A stretch of 64,000 nucleotides of DNA from assembly GCA_965228875.1 (NCBI GenBank), contig OZ245843.1, positions 2,710,616 through 2,774,615 of the forward strand, given 5' to 3'. The DNA comes from Thalassobaculaceae bacterium (GTDB taxonomy: Bacteria; Pseudomonadota; Alphaproteobacteria; Thalassobaculales; Thalassobaculaceae). Made by a program: the position numbers and the translations under genes. Within the stretch, counting starts at the first letter, position 1. Each line of letters begins with the position of its first letter. A model generated the notes under the pieces. That model was not told the origin of the DNA. It saw nothing but the letters and a program-made list of their open reading frames with translations, and did no database searches. This document shows, piece by piece, positions 28,954 to 38,786 of the stretch.

Positions 28954-30294
28954 TCACGCGCCGCGCAGGGTCGACCAGAAGCGGACCGGCTCGCCGACCG
29001 CGTCGCCGATCAGTTCGTCGTCGCGCATCACCACGTTGCCGCGCACCAGAGTGGCGATCGGCCAGCCGGTGACGGTCTTGCCGTCGAACGGCGTCCAGCC
29101 GCACTTGCTGGCGATCCACTTGTTGGTGATCTCGCGTCGGGCCTTGAGGTCGACAAGGGTCAGGTCGGCGTCCCAGCCCTTGGCGATCCGGCCCTTGCCG
29201 GCGATGCCGTAGATCCGCTGCGGACCGGCCGAGGTCAGGTCGACCAGCCGGACCAGGGTCAGCTTGCCGTTGTTCATGTGGTCTAGCAGCAGCGGCAGCA
29301 GGGTCTGGACCCCCGGCATGCCGGACGGGCTTGAGGGATACGGGCGCTGCTTCTCCTCCAGGGTATGGGGCGCATGGTCGGAGCCGATCACGTCCACCGT
29401 GCCGTCGGCGATCGCGCGCCAGAGCGCATCCTGGTGGTGCTGCTCGCGCACCGGCGGGTTCATCTGCGCCAGCGAGCCGAGACGCTCGTAGCAGTCCGGC
29501 GCCGCCATGGTGAGATGATTCAGCGTGGTCTCGACCGTGGCCACGTCCTTGTTCTCGGCCAGAAACGCCATCTCCTCCGCCGAAGTGATGTGCAGCACGT
29601 GGACCGGGCGACCGGCGGCGCGGCCCAGCCGCACGATCCGCTGGGTCGCCTTGAGCGCGCATTCCGGCGAGCGCCAGACCGGATGGGCGCGCGGATGCGC
29701 CGCCTCCTTGGCGATGTGCTGGCGTTCGCGCAGCATGTCCTCGTCCTCGGCATGGACCGCGACCCGGCGGCGCCCGGCGGCCAGCACCTTGGCCAGCAGC
29801 GCGTCCTTCTCGACCAGGAGCGAGCCGGTGGAGGAGCCCATGAACACCTTCACCCCGGCACAGCCCGGCAGACGCTCCAGTCCCTCCAGCAGATGCAGGT
29901 TCTCCTCCGCCGCGCCGACGAAATAGGCATGGTCGCACCAGGCCCGCCCCCGGGACCGCTCAAGCTTGTCGTTGAGTTCCACCTCTGTGAGGGTCAGCGG
30001 GCTCGTGTTCGGCATCTCGAAGATCGCCGTCACGCCGCCCTTGGCCGCCGCGCGGGTGCCATGGTGGATGTCTTCCTTGTGCTCCAGGCCGGGCTCGCGG
30101 AAGTGAACCTGGGTATCGATGACGCCGGGCAGCACCGTCAGGCCGGCGGCATCGACCACCTCCCCCGCCTCCGCGGTCGCCAGATCGCCGATCTCGACGA
30201 TTCTGCCGCCGGCGACGCCGACGTCCACCCGTTCCACCCCCGACGGGGTGAACACCTCGCCGCCGCGCACCACCAGATCGAACCGCGCCGTCAT
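28954..30294 (-). CDS. pyrC: Dihydroorotase (amidohydrolase, DTQVHFREPG subfamily)
   Basis: PGVIDTQVHFREPG, EMPNT, KVFMGSSTG, HAEDE, MNPPVR, SDHAPH. Confidence 0.85.
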   Translation of the reverse strand: MTARFDLVVRGGEVFTPSGVERVDVGVAGGRIVEIGDLATAEAGEVVDAAGLTVLPGVIDTQVHFREPGLEHKEDIHHGTRAAAKGGVTAIFEMPNTSPLTLTEVELNDKLERSRGRAWCDHAYFVGAAEENLHLLEGLERLPGCAGVKVFMGSSTGSLLVEKDALLAKVLAAGRRRVAVHAEDEDMLRERQHIAKEAAHPRAHPVWRSPECALKATQRIVRLGRAAGRPVHVLHITSAEEMAFLAENKDVATVETTLNHLTMAAPDCYERLGSLAQMNPPVREQHHQDALWRAIADGTVDVIGSDHAPHTLEEKQRPYPSSPSGMPGVQTLLPLLLDHMNNGKLTLVRLVDLTSAGPQRIYGIAGKGRIAKGWDADLTLVDLKARREITNKWIASKCGWTPFDGKTVTGWPIATLVRGNVVMRDDELIGDAVGEPVRFWSTLRGA

Positions 30295-30422
30295 CGCTTC
30301 CTCCGCTCAAGACCGGCGGCCAGCATAGCGACGACGCGGCGGGCGACAACATCCGCTATCGCCCGTTCCGGCCGATCCGATAGGATGCCCGGCCCGCACC
30401 GCACCGCCGGAGACAGGCTGCG

Positions 30423-31565
30423 ATGACAGACAGCTCGACGCCGACCGAGGCTCCGGCACCAACAGATGCGGACCCGCGAATCGCCTTCGACAACAGCGAA
30501 GGCATGGGCCCGCTGATCCTGCGGCATTGCCTGAACACCGCCCTGATGGTGCTGACCCTCGGCGTCTACCGGTTCTGGGCGATCACCGTGATGCGGCGGC
30601 TGATGTGGTGGCGCACCAGCCTGGACGGCCAGCGCTTCGAGTACACCGGCAACGGCCTGGAGATCTTCATCGGGTTTCTGAAGGTGTTCCTGTGCGTGCT
30701 GCTGCCGATCGGCCTCGCCATCGCCGCCATCCGACTGACCCTGGAAACGCAGGCGACCGCCGCCAGTCTGGAGGCGCTCCAGGTGGTTGACGGCGTCTAT
30801 GCGGTTCTGGTGTTCCTGCTGATCGAGCTGGGCCGGTTCCTGAGCTGGCGGTATCGGGTGGCGCGAACCCGGTGGCGCGGCATCCGCTCGCGGATCGACA
30901 TGCGGGTTCCGCGTTACTTCGCCGTGGCGCTGGGCTCGGCGACGATGCTCGTGTTCTCCGTCTGGCTGCTGAAGCCCGTGGTCGACGTGCTGCGGGCACG
31001 GACCCTGATCAACAACCTCGACGTCGGCGGCGTGCGGGCCACCCTCGACCTGTCGCTCACCCGGCTGGTACCGGCCTGGCTGCTGTTCGTCGTGGTGATC
31101 GCCCTCGCCTACACCGGCCTCGTCGCGTGGATCGTGCTGTCCTCGGGCATCATCCAGACCCTCGCGGTTTCCGCCACCGAGGACGGGAGCGAGGCGGCGG
31201 GATCGATTGCGACCCTGGCCGCCTTCGCCTCGGTCTTCCTCGTCCCGCTGCTGGTGGTATGGGGCTACAGCGCCTACCGGGCCGCGTTCTGGCGCCATGT
31301 CTGCGCCAACGCGCGGGTCGGCCCCCTGTCCTTCCGTTTCACCGGAACGGCGACGGGCCTGTTCTGGCTGTCGCTCACCAACGTCGCGATCTACGTGTGC
31401 TCCCTCACCCTACTGGCGCCGGTCACCTGGCGGCGCCGACTGGACTACGCCGCCCGGCACCTGACGATCATCGGCCGGATCGATCCGCAGGCGCTGCACC
31501 AGATCCCCCAGGACGAGAGTGCCGTCGGCGGGGAGGGCCTGGCCGGTGACTTCGATCTCGCCTGA
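30423..31565 (+). CDS. YjgN/DUF898 family inner-membrane protein
   Basis: LTLGVYRFW, F.YTG.G.E.F.GF, TRWRGIR, F.FTG motifs; multiple TM segments. Confidence 0.85.
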   Translation: MTDSSTPTEAPAPTDADPRIAFDNSEGMGPLILRHCLNTALMVLTLGVYRFWAITVMRRLMWWRTSLDGQRFEYTGNGLEIFIGFLKVFLCVLLPIGLAIAAIRLTLETQATAASLEALQVVDGVYAVLVFLLIELGRFLSWRYRVARTRWRGIRSRIDMRVPRYFAVALGSATMLVFSVWLLKPVVDVLRARTLINNLDVGGVRATLDLSLTRLVPAWLLFVVVIALAYTGLVAWIVLSSGIIQTLAVSATEDGSEAAGSIATLAAFASVFLVPLLVVWGYSAYRAAFWRHVCANARVGPLSFRFTGTATGLFWLSLTNVAIYVCSLTLLAPVTWRRRLDYAARHLTIIGRIDPQALHQIPQDESAVGGEGLAGDFDLA

Positions 31566-32688
31566 ACCGGCGGCCGGACGGAAGGGCGCCGAGGGCAACG
31601 CCCGACTGCTCGATGGCGTGACAGGTGTCGAGCACCGGGTGGCTGCGGTGGTCGAGGCCGGGGGGCTGCGCCTCATCCCCGCCGCCCCCCTGGCCGCAGC
31701 CCCGCAGTGTCCGCTTCTCTGGCCGTGGGAAGAGACCTACGTCCCGGCGTCGACCGGCGGGAAACGCGTCTTCGCGACCGCCCGGGCGGCCGATGCCCGG
31801 TTGACGGTCCTGGACCCGCGGCTCGCCCGCAGGATCCGCCGGAGCGTCCTCGGCGACCCGCGAACCGGGGGCCGGCAGCCGGGACCGTTTCGCCGACGCC
31901 CGGCCGCCGCTCTGGTCATCGCGGCGACCGGCCTCGCCGCCCTCGTTGTCCTGCTCGCCCTGGCCCCGGTCAGCGCCGGCATTGCCCGCCTGCTGCCGGC
32001 GGATGCCGGGGCGGCGATCTCCGACACGGTGATCGCGGAGCTCGGCCGGGCGCACGGCCGGTGCCTCGCCAAGGAGGGGTCCGACGCGATTGATGAACTT
32101 GCCGGACGGTTGGCCGACGCCGCCGGGATCGCGTCTCCCGCGGTCGCGGTGGTCGACTGGGACCTGGTCAACGCCTTCGCGTTGCCGGGACAGCGGATCA
32201 TCCTGACCGGCCCGCTGCTCCGCCAGGCGGAGGATCCGTCGGAGATCGCCGCCGTGCTAGCCCACGAGATCGCCCATGTCGCCCACCGCGATCCCACAAC
32301 CGGCTGGATCCGCGGCGAGGGCGTCGACCTGCTCATGACCGCCGTGTTCGGCGCCAGCACCACCGGCGGGTTGGTGGAGTCCCTGGCCGGCGGCCTGATC
32401 ACCGCGCGCTACACCCGCGATCAGGAAGAAGCGGCGGATGCCGCCGCCGTGACCTACCTGCGGGCCGCGGGCATCCGCTCCTCCGGCGGTGCGGCATTCT
32501 TCGAGCGCCTTTCCCATGCAGAGCCCGACGGCGCCCTGGGCGACGTGCTCGATCTCGTCGCCACCCACCCGGGCGCCGGCAGCCGGGCCGACCTCTACCG
32601 TTGGGCATCGACCGGCAGCGGACCGGGACTGAACGACACCCAGTTCGCCGCCGTGGGCGAGATCTGCTCGGTGACCCGGCTGCGCTGA
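31546..32688 (+). CDS. M48 family zinc metallopeptidase
   Basis: VNAFALPG, AVLAHEIAH (HExxH), YTRDQEEAAD, THP; GTG 31546 with GGGAGG RBS; usual YjgN partner. Confidence 0.88.
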   Translation: MTSISPEPAAGRKGAEGNARLLDGVTGVEHRVAAVVEAGGLRLIPAAPLAAAPQCPLLWPWEETYVPASTGGKRVFATARAADARLTVLDPRLARRIRRSVLGDPRTGGRQPGPFRRRPAAALVIAATGLAALVVLLALAPVSAGIARLLPADAGAAISDTVIAELGRAHGRCLAKEGSDAIDELAGRLADAAGIASPAVAVVDWDLVNAFALPGQRIILTGPLLRQAEDPSEIAAVLAHEIAHVAHRDPTTGWIRGEGVDLLMTAVFGASTTGGLVESLAGGLITARYTRDQEEAADAAAVTYLRAAGIRSSGGAAFFERLSHAEPDGALGDVLDLVATHPGAGSRADLYRWASTGSGPGLNDTQFAAVGEICSVTRLR

Positions 32689-32689
32689 C

Positions 32690-33259
32690 TCAGATTTTCT
32701 CGCCGGCGATCTCGTCGCGGAGCGCGCGGATCCGAAAACGCTCCTGCAGGAAGGGATGAACCTCCAGCGCCGCCTCGAAGGCTTCCAGTGCCTCGACCTT
32801 GCGGTCGAGCCGGAGATTGATGAGGCCAAGGCCCGAAAGCGCTCCGAAGTGCCGGGGTTCCAGTTCCAGGGTCCGGCGGATATCCGCGATCGAGGCCGGG
32901 TAATCGCCGAGAAGGAAGTGAACCGTGGCGCGCTTGTTCCAGGCCTCGGCGAAGTCCGGCGCCAGTCCGACGGCCGTGTCGAACGCATCGAGCGCCGCGT
33001 CGAGCGCGGACTCCCGCATGGCGCGCAGGCCGTGGGCCATGGTTTCGGCCACCGCCGGTTGATCCGGGCGCTCGTGCCAGATCGCCCAGATCCGCTGCTC
33101 GGTGGCGTGGGCGATGGAGAAGACCTCGGCCTGACGCAGCTTGTCGAACAGCCGGTCCAGCCTGGGATCCGTCTGGTCGGCGTTCACCGGCGCGGCCAGG
33201 AACAGAACGACGAGAAGGATGGGGAGGAGTCTAACAAAAGCCAATAAAATACAATTCAT
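32690..33259 (-). CDS. Exported tetratricopeptide-repeat protein
   Basis: Signal peptide; ADQTDPRLD.LF, FAEAWNKRAT, LELEPRHFGALSGLG; start uncertain. Confidence 0.85.
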   Translation of the reverse strand: MNCILLAFVRLLPILLVVLFLAAPVNADQTDPRLDRLFDKLRQAEVFSIAHATEQRIWAIWHERPDQPAVAETMAHGLRAMRESALDAALDAFDTAVGLAPDFAEAWNKRATVHFLLGDYPASIADIRRTLELEPRHFGALSGLGLINLRLDRKVEALEAFEAALEVHPFLQERFRIRALRDEIAGEKI

Positions 33260-33282
33260 TATTGTTCTCCTCTGTTTGTTAC

Positions 33283-33318
33283 GTAATTGTTTATTAACCG
33301 GTCGGGCTTACGGTTAAT
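33283..33318. promoter_or_regulatory. CtrA-like box overlapping an inverted repeat upstream of the large MCP
   Basis: GTAA-N7-TTAAC (33283-33298) and ATTAACCG-N10-CGGTTAAT (33293-33318). Confidence 0.45.
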
Positions 33319-33349
33319 GACGGAAGTGTGCGACATCAGGAGTGGAATT

Positions 33350-36010
33350 ATGTCCGTGACGAATGCTGGACAGCCGGAGAGCGACCAGTCCTCACCGGAA
33401 TTTGAAGCCGACGGCCAGCCTTCGAAGACCTCCGGAGGGTTCGGAATCGCCGGACGGCTCGGGACGGCCTTCGCGGCCACGACGCTGCTCACGGTCGTGA
33501 CGGCTGGCGTCGCCTGGTTCGCCTTCTCCAACGTGGAAGGCACCCTGGTCACCGTGACCGACGAGGCGATGCCGGCGGTGACCAGCAGCCTGCAGCTGGC
33601 CGCGACCAGTTCGAGCGTGGCCGCCGCGGCGCCGAGCCTCGTGTCGGCCGGATCCGATACCGAGCGTCAGGCGATCCGGGACGAGTTGGCGACCAAGCAG
33701 GAAGAACTGGCGCTGCACATCGAGGAACTGCAACGCACCGGCACCGATACCCAGGCGCTGTCCGAGCTCGCCTCGACCCTGGCATCGGCGATGACCGATC
33801 TCGACTCCGCCGTGGTCCGCCGGGTCACCGCCCAGACCAAGCTGACCGAGGCGGTCGAGCTAGTCACCGACGTGAACTCGCTGTTCCAGAGCGAAGTCCG
33901 GCCAATGATCGTCGAGGCGGGCGAGCGGATGGTCACGACCGGCGAAGAGGCGATCGCCACGACAAGTTCGACCATCGGCGAACTGCTCGGCACGCACCTG
34001 TCGGCCCTCAAGGACGTCCTGGTGATGGCCAGTAACGGCCAGAAGATGCTCGGAACGCTGACCCGCGTGGCCAACATGTCCGACCTGGACAAGATCGCCG
34101 CCGAGGAAGCCGCCTACAAGGACCTCGCCACTCTGATCGAGTATTCCGTGACCAGCGCCCCGGACACGGAGACGGGGAACAAGTTCCGCGATGCCGCGAT
34201 GCAGATCGCCGCGCGGGGAACCGGCGAGAACTCAGCCTTCGAGATCCGCCGCCGGGAGATCAACTGGGTCATGCTGACGCCGGAGGAGTACGAGGCGACG
34301 CAGCGCCAGCGCGAAGACCTGGACGCCGCTCTGCCGGAGATCTCCAAGGCCTTCGAGGAGTCGGTAAACCCACTGGTCGCCGACGCCCAACGGGACATGG
34401 CCATGGCCGGCCGCGACCTGGCGATCGGTACCCGCAAGACCATCGGCGGACTGATCGAGTACGACGTGAAGGAATTCCAGATCATGCTGGAGGCGGCGGC
34501 GACCGCCAACCTGGTGATCGGCAGCCTGAACGCGGCCGCCGGCGCTGAGTCCGTCCGCCAGCTCGACACCATCAAGATCGAGTATTTCACGGCGCTCGCG
34601 GCTCTCGACGATCTGAAGATCGCGGCCACCGGGTTCGAGCGCCTCTCGGGTCTGGTGCCGAGCATCGACACCATCCTGATGCTGGGTGACACCGACGACG
34701 GTGTGTTCGAGCGCCGGGCTGCGGTGCTGCTCGCGGAGGCCGACGCCGACTCCTCCCTGGTCCGCACCCGCGACGTGTCCAACTCGTTCGGCAGCGCAGT
34801 CGCCGAGCTGGTGACGGCCGCCACTTCCTCGGCCCAGGCGACGGCGGCAGCGGCGAAGGATACCATCGACGACAGCCGCATGCTGGTCGCCGCCCTGGCG
34901 GTCGCCAGCGTCGTGGTCGCGCTCGTGATCGGCTTCATCGTGGTGTGGCGCGGCGTGGTCCAGCGGCTGACGGCCCTGGCCGGCGTCATGCGACGCCTCG
35001 CCGACGGCGAGCTGGATGTCGAGGTCGACACCTCGGGCCATGACGAGATCTCGACCATGGCCGAGACCGTCCAGGTCTTCCGCGACAGCGCCAAGGAGGT
35101 CGAGCGTCTGCGCGCCGATCAGCTCGACTCCGAGCGGCGCGCGTCCGAGGAACGCCAGCGTCAGCGGGTCGAGTTGGCCGACGCCTTCGAGAGCCGCGTC
35201 AAGGGCATCGTCGACCGGCTCGGTACCGCCTCGCGCGGCATGGCCGAGACCGCCCGCAAGATGGCCGATGGCGCGGGCGACGTGCGCGAGCGCTCGACCG
35301 CCGGTGTCGGCGCCGCGCAGCAGACCTCGTCCAACGTCCAGACCGTGGCGGCGGCGGCGGAAGAGCTGTCGGCGTCGATCGTCGAGATCTCCAACAAGGT
35401 CAGCGAGAGTTCGCACCGGGCCCGCGAGGCGGCCGACCAGGCGGAGGCGACCAACCGAACGGTGGAGACCCTGGAACAGGCGACCAACCGCATCGGCACG
35501 GTCGTCACCCTGATCCAGGACATCGCCGAGCAGACCAACCTGCTGGCGCTGAACGCCACCATCGAGGCAGCCCGCGCCGGCGAGGCCGGCAAGGGCTTCG
35601 CGGTGGTCGCCTCGGAGGTGAAGTCGCTGGCCAGCCAGACCGGCAAGGCCACCGAGGAGATCACCCACCAGATCAAGGCGGTGCAGGACGGCGTGGCCGA
35701 CGCGGTGACGGCGATCCGGGAGGTTTCCGAGGCGATCCGCGAGATCGACGGCCATGTGACGGCGATCGCCGGCGCGGTCGAGGAGCAGGGCGCCTCCACC
35801 CAGGAGATCGCCCGCTCCAGCCAGGAGGCCGCGACCGGGACCGACGACGTCACCCGCACGATCGAGATGGTCTCCAGCGTGGCCAACGACACCGGCCAGC
35901 AGGCCGAACAGGTCCTGACGTCGGCGACCACGCTGGCCGACGACTCCTCGCTGCTCGACCGCGAGGTGACCGGCTTCCTCGACCGGGTCCGTAGCGGCGG
36001 TCAGAGCTGA
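33350..36010 (+). CDS. Large methyl-accepting chemotaxis protein with extended helical sensor
   Basis: TM1, about 480-aa periplasmic region, TM2, HAMP (GHDEIS), [39 protein letters not shown]. Confidence 0.95.
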   Translation: MSVTNAGQPESDQSSPEFEADGQPSKTSGGFGIAGRLGTAFAATTLLTVVTAGVAWFAFSNVEGTLVTVTDEAMPAVTSSLQLAATSSSVAAAAPSLVSAGSDTERQAIRDELATKQEELALHIEELQRTGTDTQALSELASTLASAMTDLDSAVVRRVTAQTKLTEAVELVTDVNSLFQSEVRPMIVEAGERMVTTGEEAIATTSSTIGELLGTHLSALKDVLVMASNGQKMLGTLTRVANMSDLDKIAAEEAAYKDLATLIEYSVTSAPDTETGNKFRDAAMQIAARGTGENSAFEIRRREINWVMLTPEEYEATQRQREDLDAALPEISKAFEESVNPLVADAQRDMAMAGRDLAIGTRKTIGGLIEYDVKEFQIMLEAAATANLVIGSLNAAAGAESVRQLDTIKIEYFTALAALDDLKIAATGFERLSGLVPSIDTILMLGDTDDGVFERRAAVLLAEADADSSLVRTRDVSNSFGSAVAELVTAATSSAQATAAAAKDTIDDSRMLVAALAVASVVVALVIGFIVVWRGVVQRLTALAGVMRRLADGELDVEVDTSGHDEISTMAETVQVFRDSAKEVERLRADQLDSERRASEERQRQRVELADAFESRVKGIVDRLGTASRGMAETARKMADGAGDVRERSTAGVGAAQQTSSNVQTVAAAAEELSASIVEISNKVSESSHRAREAADQAEATNRTVETLEQATNRIGTVVTLIQDIAEQTNLLALNATIEAARAGEAGKGFAVVASEVKSLASQTGKATEEITHQIKAVQDGVADAVTAIREVSEAIREIDGHVTAIAGAVEEQGASTQEIARSSQEAATGTDDVTRTIEMVSSVANDTGQQAEQVLTSATTLADDSSLLDREVTGFLDRVRSGGQS

Positions 36011-36036
36011 GCCGCAGCCTCATACTCCAGACGAAG

Positions 36037-36062
36037 AAGGGCGGGAGAAATCCCGCCCTTTT
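36037..36062. terminator. Rho-independent terminator, probably bidirectional
   Basis: AAGGGCGGGA-GAAA-TCCCGCCCTT followed by TT, between the convergent MCP and cystathionine lyase genes. Confidence 0.75.
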
Positions 36063-36109
36063 CGGATGGCGGCCGACTTAACCGGCCGTGGGTCGACGCC
36101 CAGGGTCGC

Positions 36110-37288
36110 TCAGGCCAATGCCCGCTCAAGCTCGGCGATCAGGTCGTCGCCGTCCTCGATGCCGACCGAGAGACGCACAAGGCCGTCGGAGATGCCGAGC
36201 GCCTCACGGATCGCCTTGGGCACGCTGGCATGGGTCATGATCGCCGGGTGCTCGATCAGACTCTCCACCCCGCCGAGGGACTCCGCGAGCGCGAACAGGT
36301 CGCAGCGCTCCAGGAATCGGCGGGCATCGTCGAGCCCGCCCTTCAGCACCGCCGTCACCATGCCGCCGAACCGGGTCATCTGGCGCTGGGCCAGGTCGTG
36401 CTGCGGGTGGCTGGCGAGGCCGGGGTAGTAGACCCGCTCGACCTTGGGGTGCGCCTCCAGGAAGGCGGCGACCCGCTCGGCGTTGTCGCAGTGCCGCTCC
36501 ATCCGCACCGGCAGGGTCTTCAGCGCCCGCAACACCAGGAAGCTGTCGAACGGCCCGGCGACGGCGCCGACCGCGTTCTGCAGGAAGGCGAGCTTGTCGC
36601 GGATCATCTCGCGCCCCTCGGCGACCACGGCGACGCCGCCGACCACGTCGGAGTGGCCGTTCAGGTACTTGGTCGTGGAGTGCATGACGATGTCGATCCC
36701 ATGATCCAGCGGCCGCTGGATGTACGGCGAGCAGAAGGTGTTGTCGCAGACCGTGATCAGGTTGTGGCGCCTGGCGATTTCCGCGATCGCGGCGAGATCG
36801 ACCAGCTTCAGCAGCGGATTGGTCGGGGTCTCGACCCAGATCATCCGCGTTCTGTCGGTGATCGCCGCCTCGAGACCCGACAGGTCTGACAGGTCCAGGA
36901 AACTGAACGCGAGGCCCGAGGATCTCCGGCGCACGTTCTCGAAAAGCCGGTAACTGCCGCCATAGAGGTCGTCCATGGCGATCACATGGTCGCCACTGTC
37001 CAACAGTTCCAGGAGCGTGCCGATGGTGGCGAGGCCGGAGGCGAAGGCGAAGCCGGCGTCCCCGTTCTCGAGATCGGCGATGCAGGCCTCCAGCGCGAAA
37101 CGGGTCGGGTTCTGACTGCGCGAGTACTCGAACCCCTTGTGGACGCCGGGACTCTCCTGGACGTAGGTCGACGTGGCGTAGATCGGCGTCATGATCGCGC
37201 CGGTGGTCGGATCCGGACTCTGGCCGGCATGGATGGCGCGGGTGGCGAATCCGGGCCGGTTGCGTCCGTCTGGCTTCGGGTCGGTCAT
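36110..37288 (-). CDS. Cystathionine gamma-lyase/synthase (Cys/Met metabolism PLP enzyme)
   Basis: EYSRSQNPTR, DDLYGGSYR, ETPTNP, DNTF, HSTTKYLNGHSD, AESLGGVESL. Confidence 0.93.
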   Translation of the reverse strand: MTDPKPDGRNRPGFATRAIHAGQSPDPTTGAIMTPIYATSTYVQESPGVHKGFEYSRSQNPTRFALEACIADLENGDAGFAFASGLATIGTLLELLDSGDHVIAMDDLYGGSYRLFENVRRRSSGLAFSFLDLSDLSGLEAAITDRTRMIWVETPTNPLLKLVDLAAIAEIARRHNLITVCDNTFCSPYIQRPLDHGIDIVMHSTTKYLNGHSDVVGGVAVVAEGREMIRDKLAFLQNAVGAVAGPFDSFLVLRALKTLPVRMERHCDNAERVAAFLEAHPKVERVYYPGLASHPQHDLAQRQMTRFGGMVTAVLKGGLDDARRFLERCDLFALAESLGGVESLIEHPAIMTHASVPKAIREALGISDGLVRLSVGIEDGDDLIAELERALA

Positions 37289-37304
37289 GCGGTTCTCTCC
37301 GGAA

Positions 37305-38675
37305 TCAGCCGACGGATCGGCGAATGTGGTTGATCAGGTCGACCCGGGTGATCATGCCGAGGAACCGGTCCCCGTCCATCACCATGGCGACCTTGTTGCC
37401 GCGGAACAGCGGCAGAAGATCGTCGACCGGCCGCTCCGCGCCGATCACGTCGAGCTGTCCGGTCATGTGTTTGGAGACCGGCTCGGCGAACACCTCCGGC
37501 TTGTCGTAGACCGCCAGCAGGATGTCCTCCTCGTCGAGGATGCCAACGGCCTCGCCGCCGTCGATCACCGGCACCTGGCTGACCTCGTTGGCCCGCATCC
37601 GGTTATAGGCGGTGTTGACCGTATCCTGCGGTCCGACCGCGATCACCCTGCCCTCGTCCGCCCTGTACATGACCAGATCGCGAAGATCGCCGGCCCTCTC
37701 ACAGTCGACAAGTCCCTGCTCGACAAGCCACGCCGAGTCGAAGGCCTTGGACAGGTACTTGTTGCCGGTGTCGCACACGAAGGTCACGACCCGAAGCGGC
37801 CGGGTCTGCCGACGGCACCATTTCAGCGCCCCGGCGAGCAAGGTGCCGGTCGAACTGCCGCCGAGAATTCCCTCCGAGCGCAAGAGGGCGTTGGCGGCGG
37901 CGAACGCCTCGGCATCGCTCACCGTGACTCCCTCGTCGATCACCGACAGGTCGAGGTTGGCCGGGATGAAGTCCTCGCCGATACCCTCGACCAGCCAGGA
38001 TCCGCCGGAGTACTTCACTTCGCCGTTCTCCACCGCGCCGGCCACGACGGAGCCCTCCGGGTCGGCGACCACCACCCGCAGGTCCGGATTCTTCGACTTC
38101 AGAAACCGGCCCGTTCCGGAGATCGTTCCCCCCGAACCGACGCCCGCCACGAGGGCATCGACCCTGCCGTCCAACTGCGCCCAGATCTCGGGGCCGGTTC
38201 CGGTCTCGTGGGCCAGAGGGTTGGCCGGATTGTCGAACTGGCTGGTCCAGAACGCACCGGGGGTCTCGCGCACGATCCTCTCGGCCATGTCCTGGTAGTA
38301 TTCCGGATGGCCTTTCGGCACATCCGAGCGGGTCAGCCGGACCTCCGCGCCCAGCGCCCGAAGGTGGCGGATCTTGTCGGCGCTCATCTTGTCGGGGATG
38401 ACCAGGATCAGGCGGTATCCCTTCTGCGCCGCCGCCAGGGCGAGACCGAGACCGGTGTTGCCCGCGGTCGCCTCGACGATGGTGCCTCCCGGCCTCAGCC
38501 GACCGTCGCGCTCCGCGGCCTCCACCATCGACAGGCCGATACGGTCCTTGATCGACCCGCCGGGATTCTGGTTCTCCAGCTTCACGAAGAGCCGGCACGG
38601 GCCGGCGTCCAGATGGGTCAGTTCCAGCATCGGGGTGTTGCCGATCATCGACAGTACCGAGCTCGCCGGCGCCAT
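37305..38675 (-). CDS. cbs: Cystathionine beta-synthase with C-terminal CBS domains
   Basis: IGNTP, NPGGSIKDR, EATAGNTG, GVGSGGT, EGIGEDF, DTGNKYLSK, plus a CBS pair. Confidence 0.9.
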   Translation of the reverse strand: MAPASSVLSMIGNTPMLELTHLDAGPCRLFVKLENQNPGGSIKDRIGLSMVEAAERDGRLRPGGTIVEATAGNTGLGLALAAAQKGYRLILVIPDKMSADKIRHLRALGAEVRLTRSDVPKGHPEYYQDMAERIVRETPGAFWTSQFDNPANPLAHETGTGPEIWAQLDGRVDALVAGVGSGGTISGTGRFLKSKNPDLRVVVADPEGSVVAGAVENGEVKYSGGSWLVEGIGEDFIPANLDLSVIDEGVTVSDAEAFAAANALLRSEGILGGSSTGTLLAGALKWCRRQTRPLRVVTFVCDTGNKYLSKAFDSAWLVEQGLVDCERAGDLRDLVMYRADEGRVIAVGPQDTVNTAYNRMRANEVSQVPVIDGGEAVGILDEEDILLAVYDKPEVFAEPVSKHMTGQLDVIGAERPVDDLLPLFRGNKVAMVMDGDRFLGMITRVDLINHIRRSVG

Positions 38676-38786
38676 GGCCGCCTCCCGCTCCGAGTTGCGT
38701 CTGGCGCGGCATATGGGAACGGGCACCGGCCGCCGGAAGCGCCGAAGCCGCGCGGCTCCGGTTCCCGGCGGTCAAGAGCGGCGGGA

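Noticed and set aside
28954..30294. Dihydroorotase with QxH in place of HxH, read as an inactive enzyme
   Set aside because: DTQVHFREPG is, as I recall, the normal signature of a widespread subfamily, and the other ligands are intact
30423..32688. YjgN-M48 and LemA-DUF3137 gene pairs as new systems
   Set aside because: Both are widespread known pairings and I saw nothing unusual in these copies
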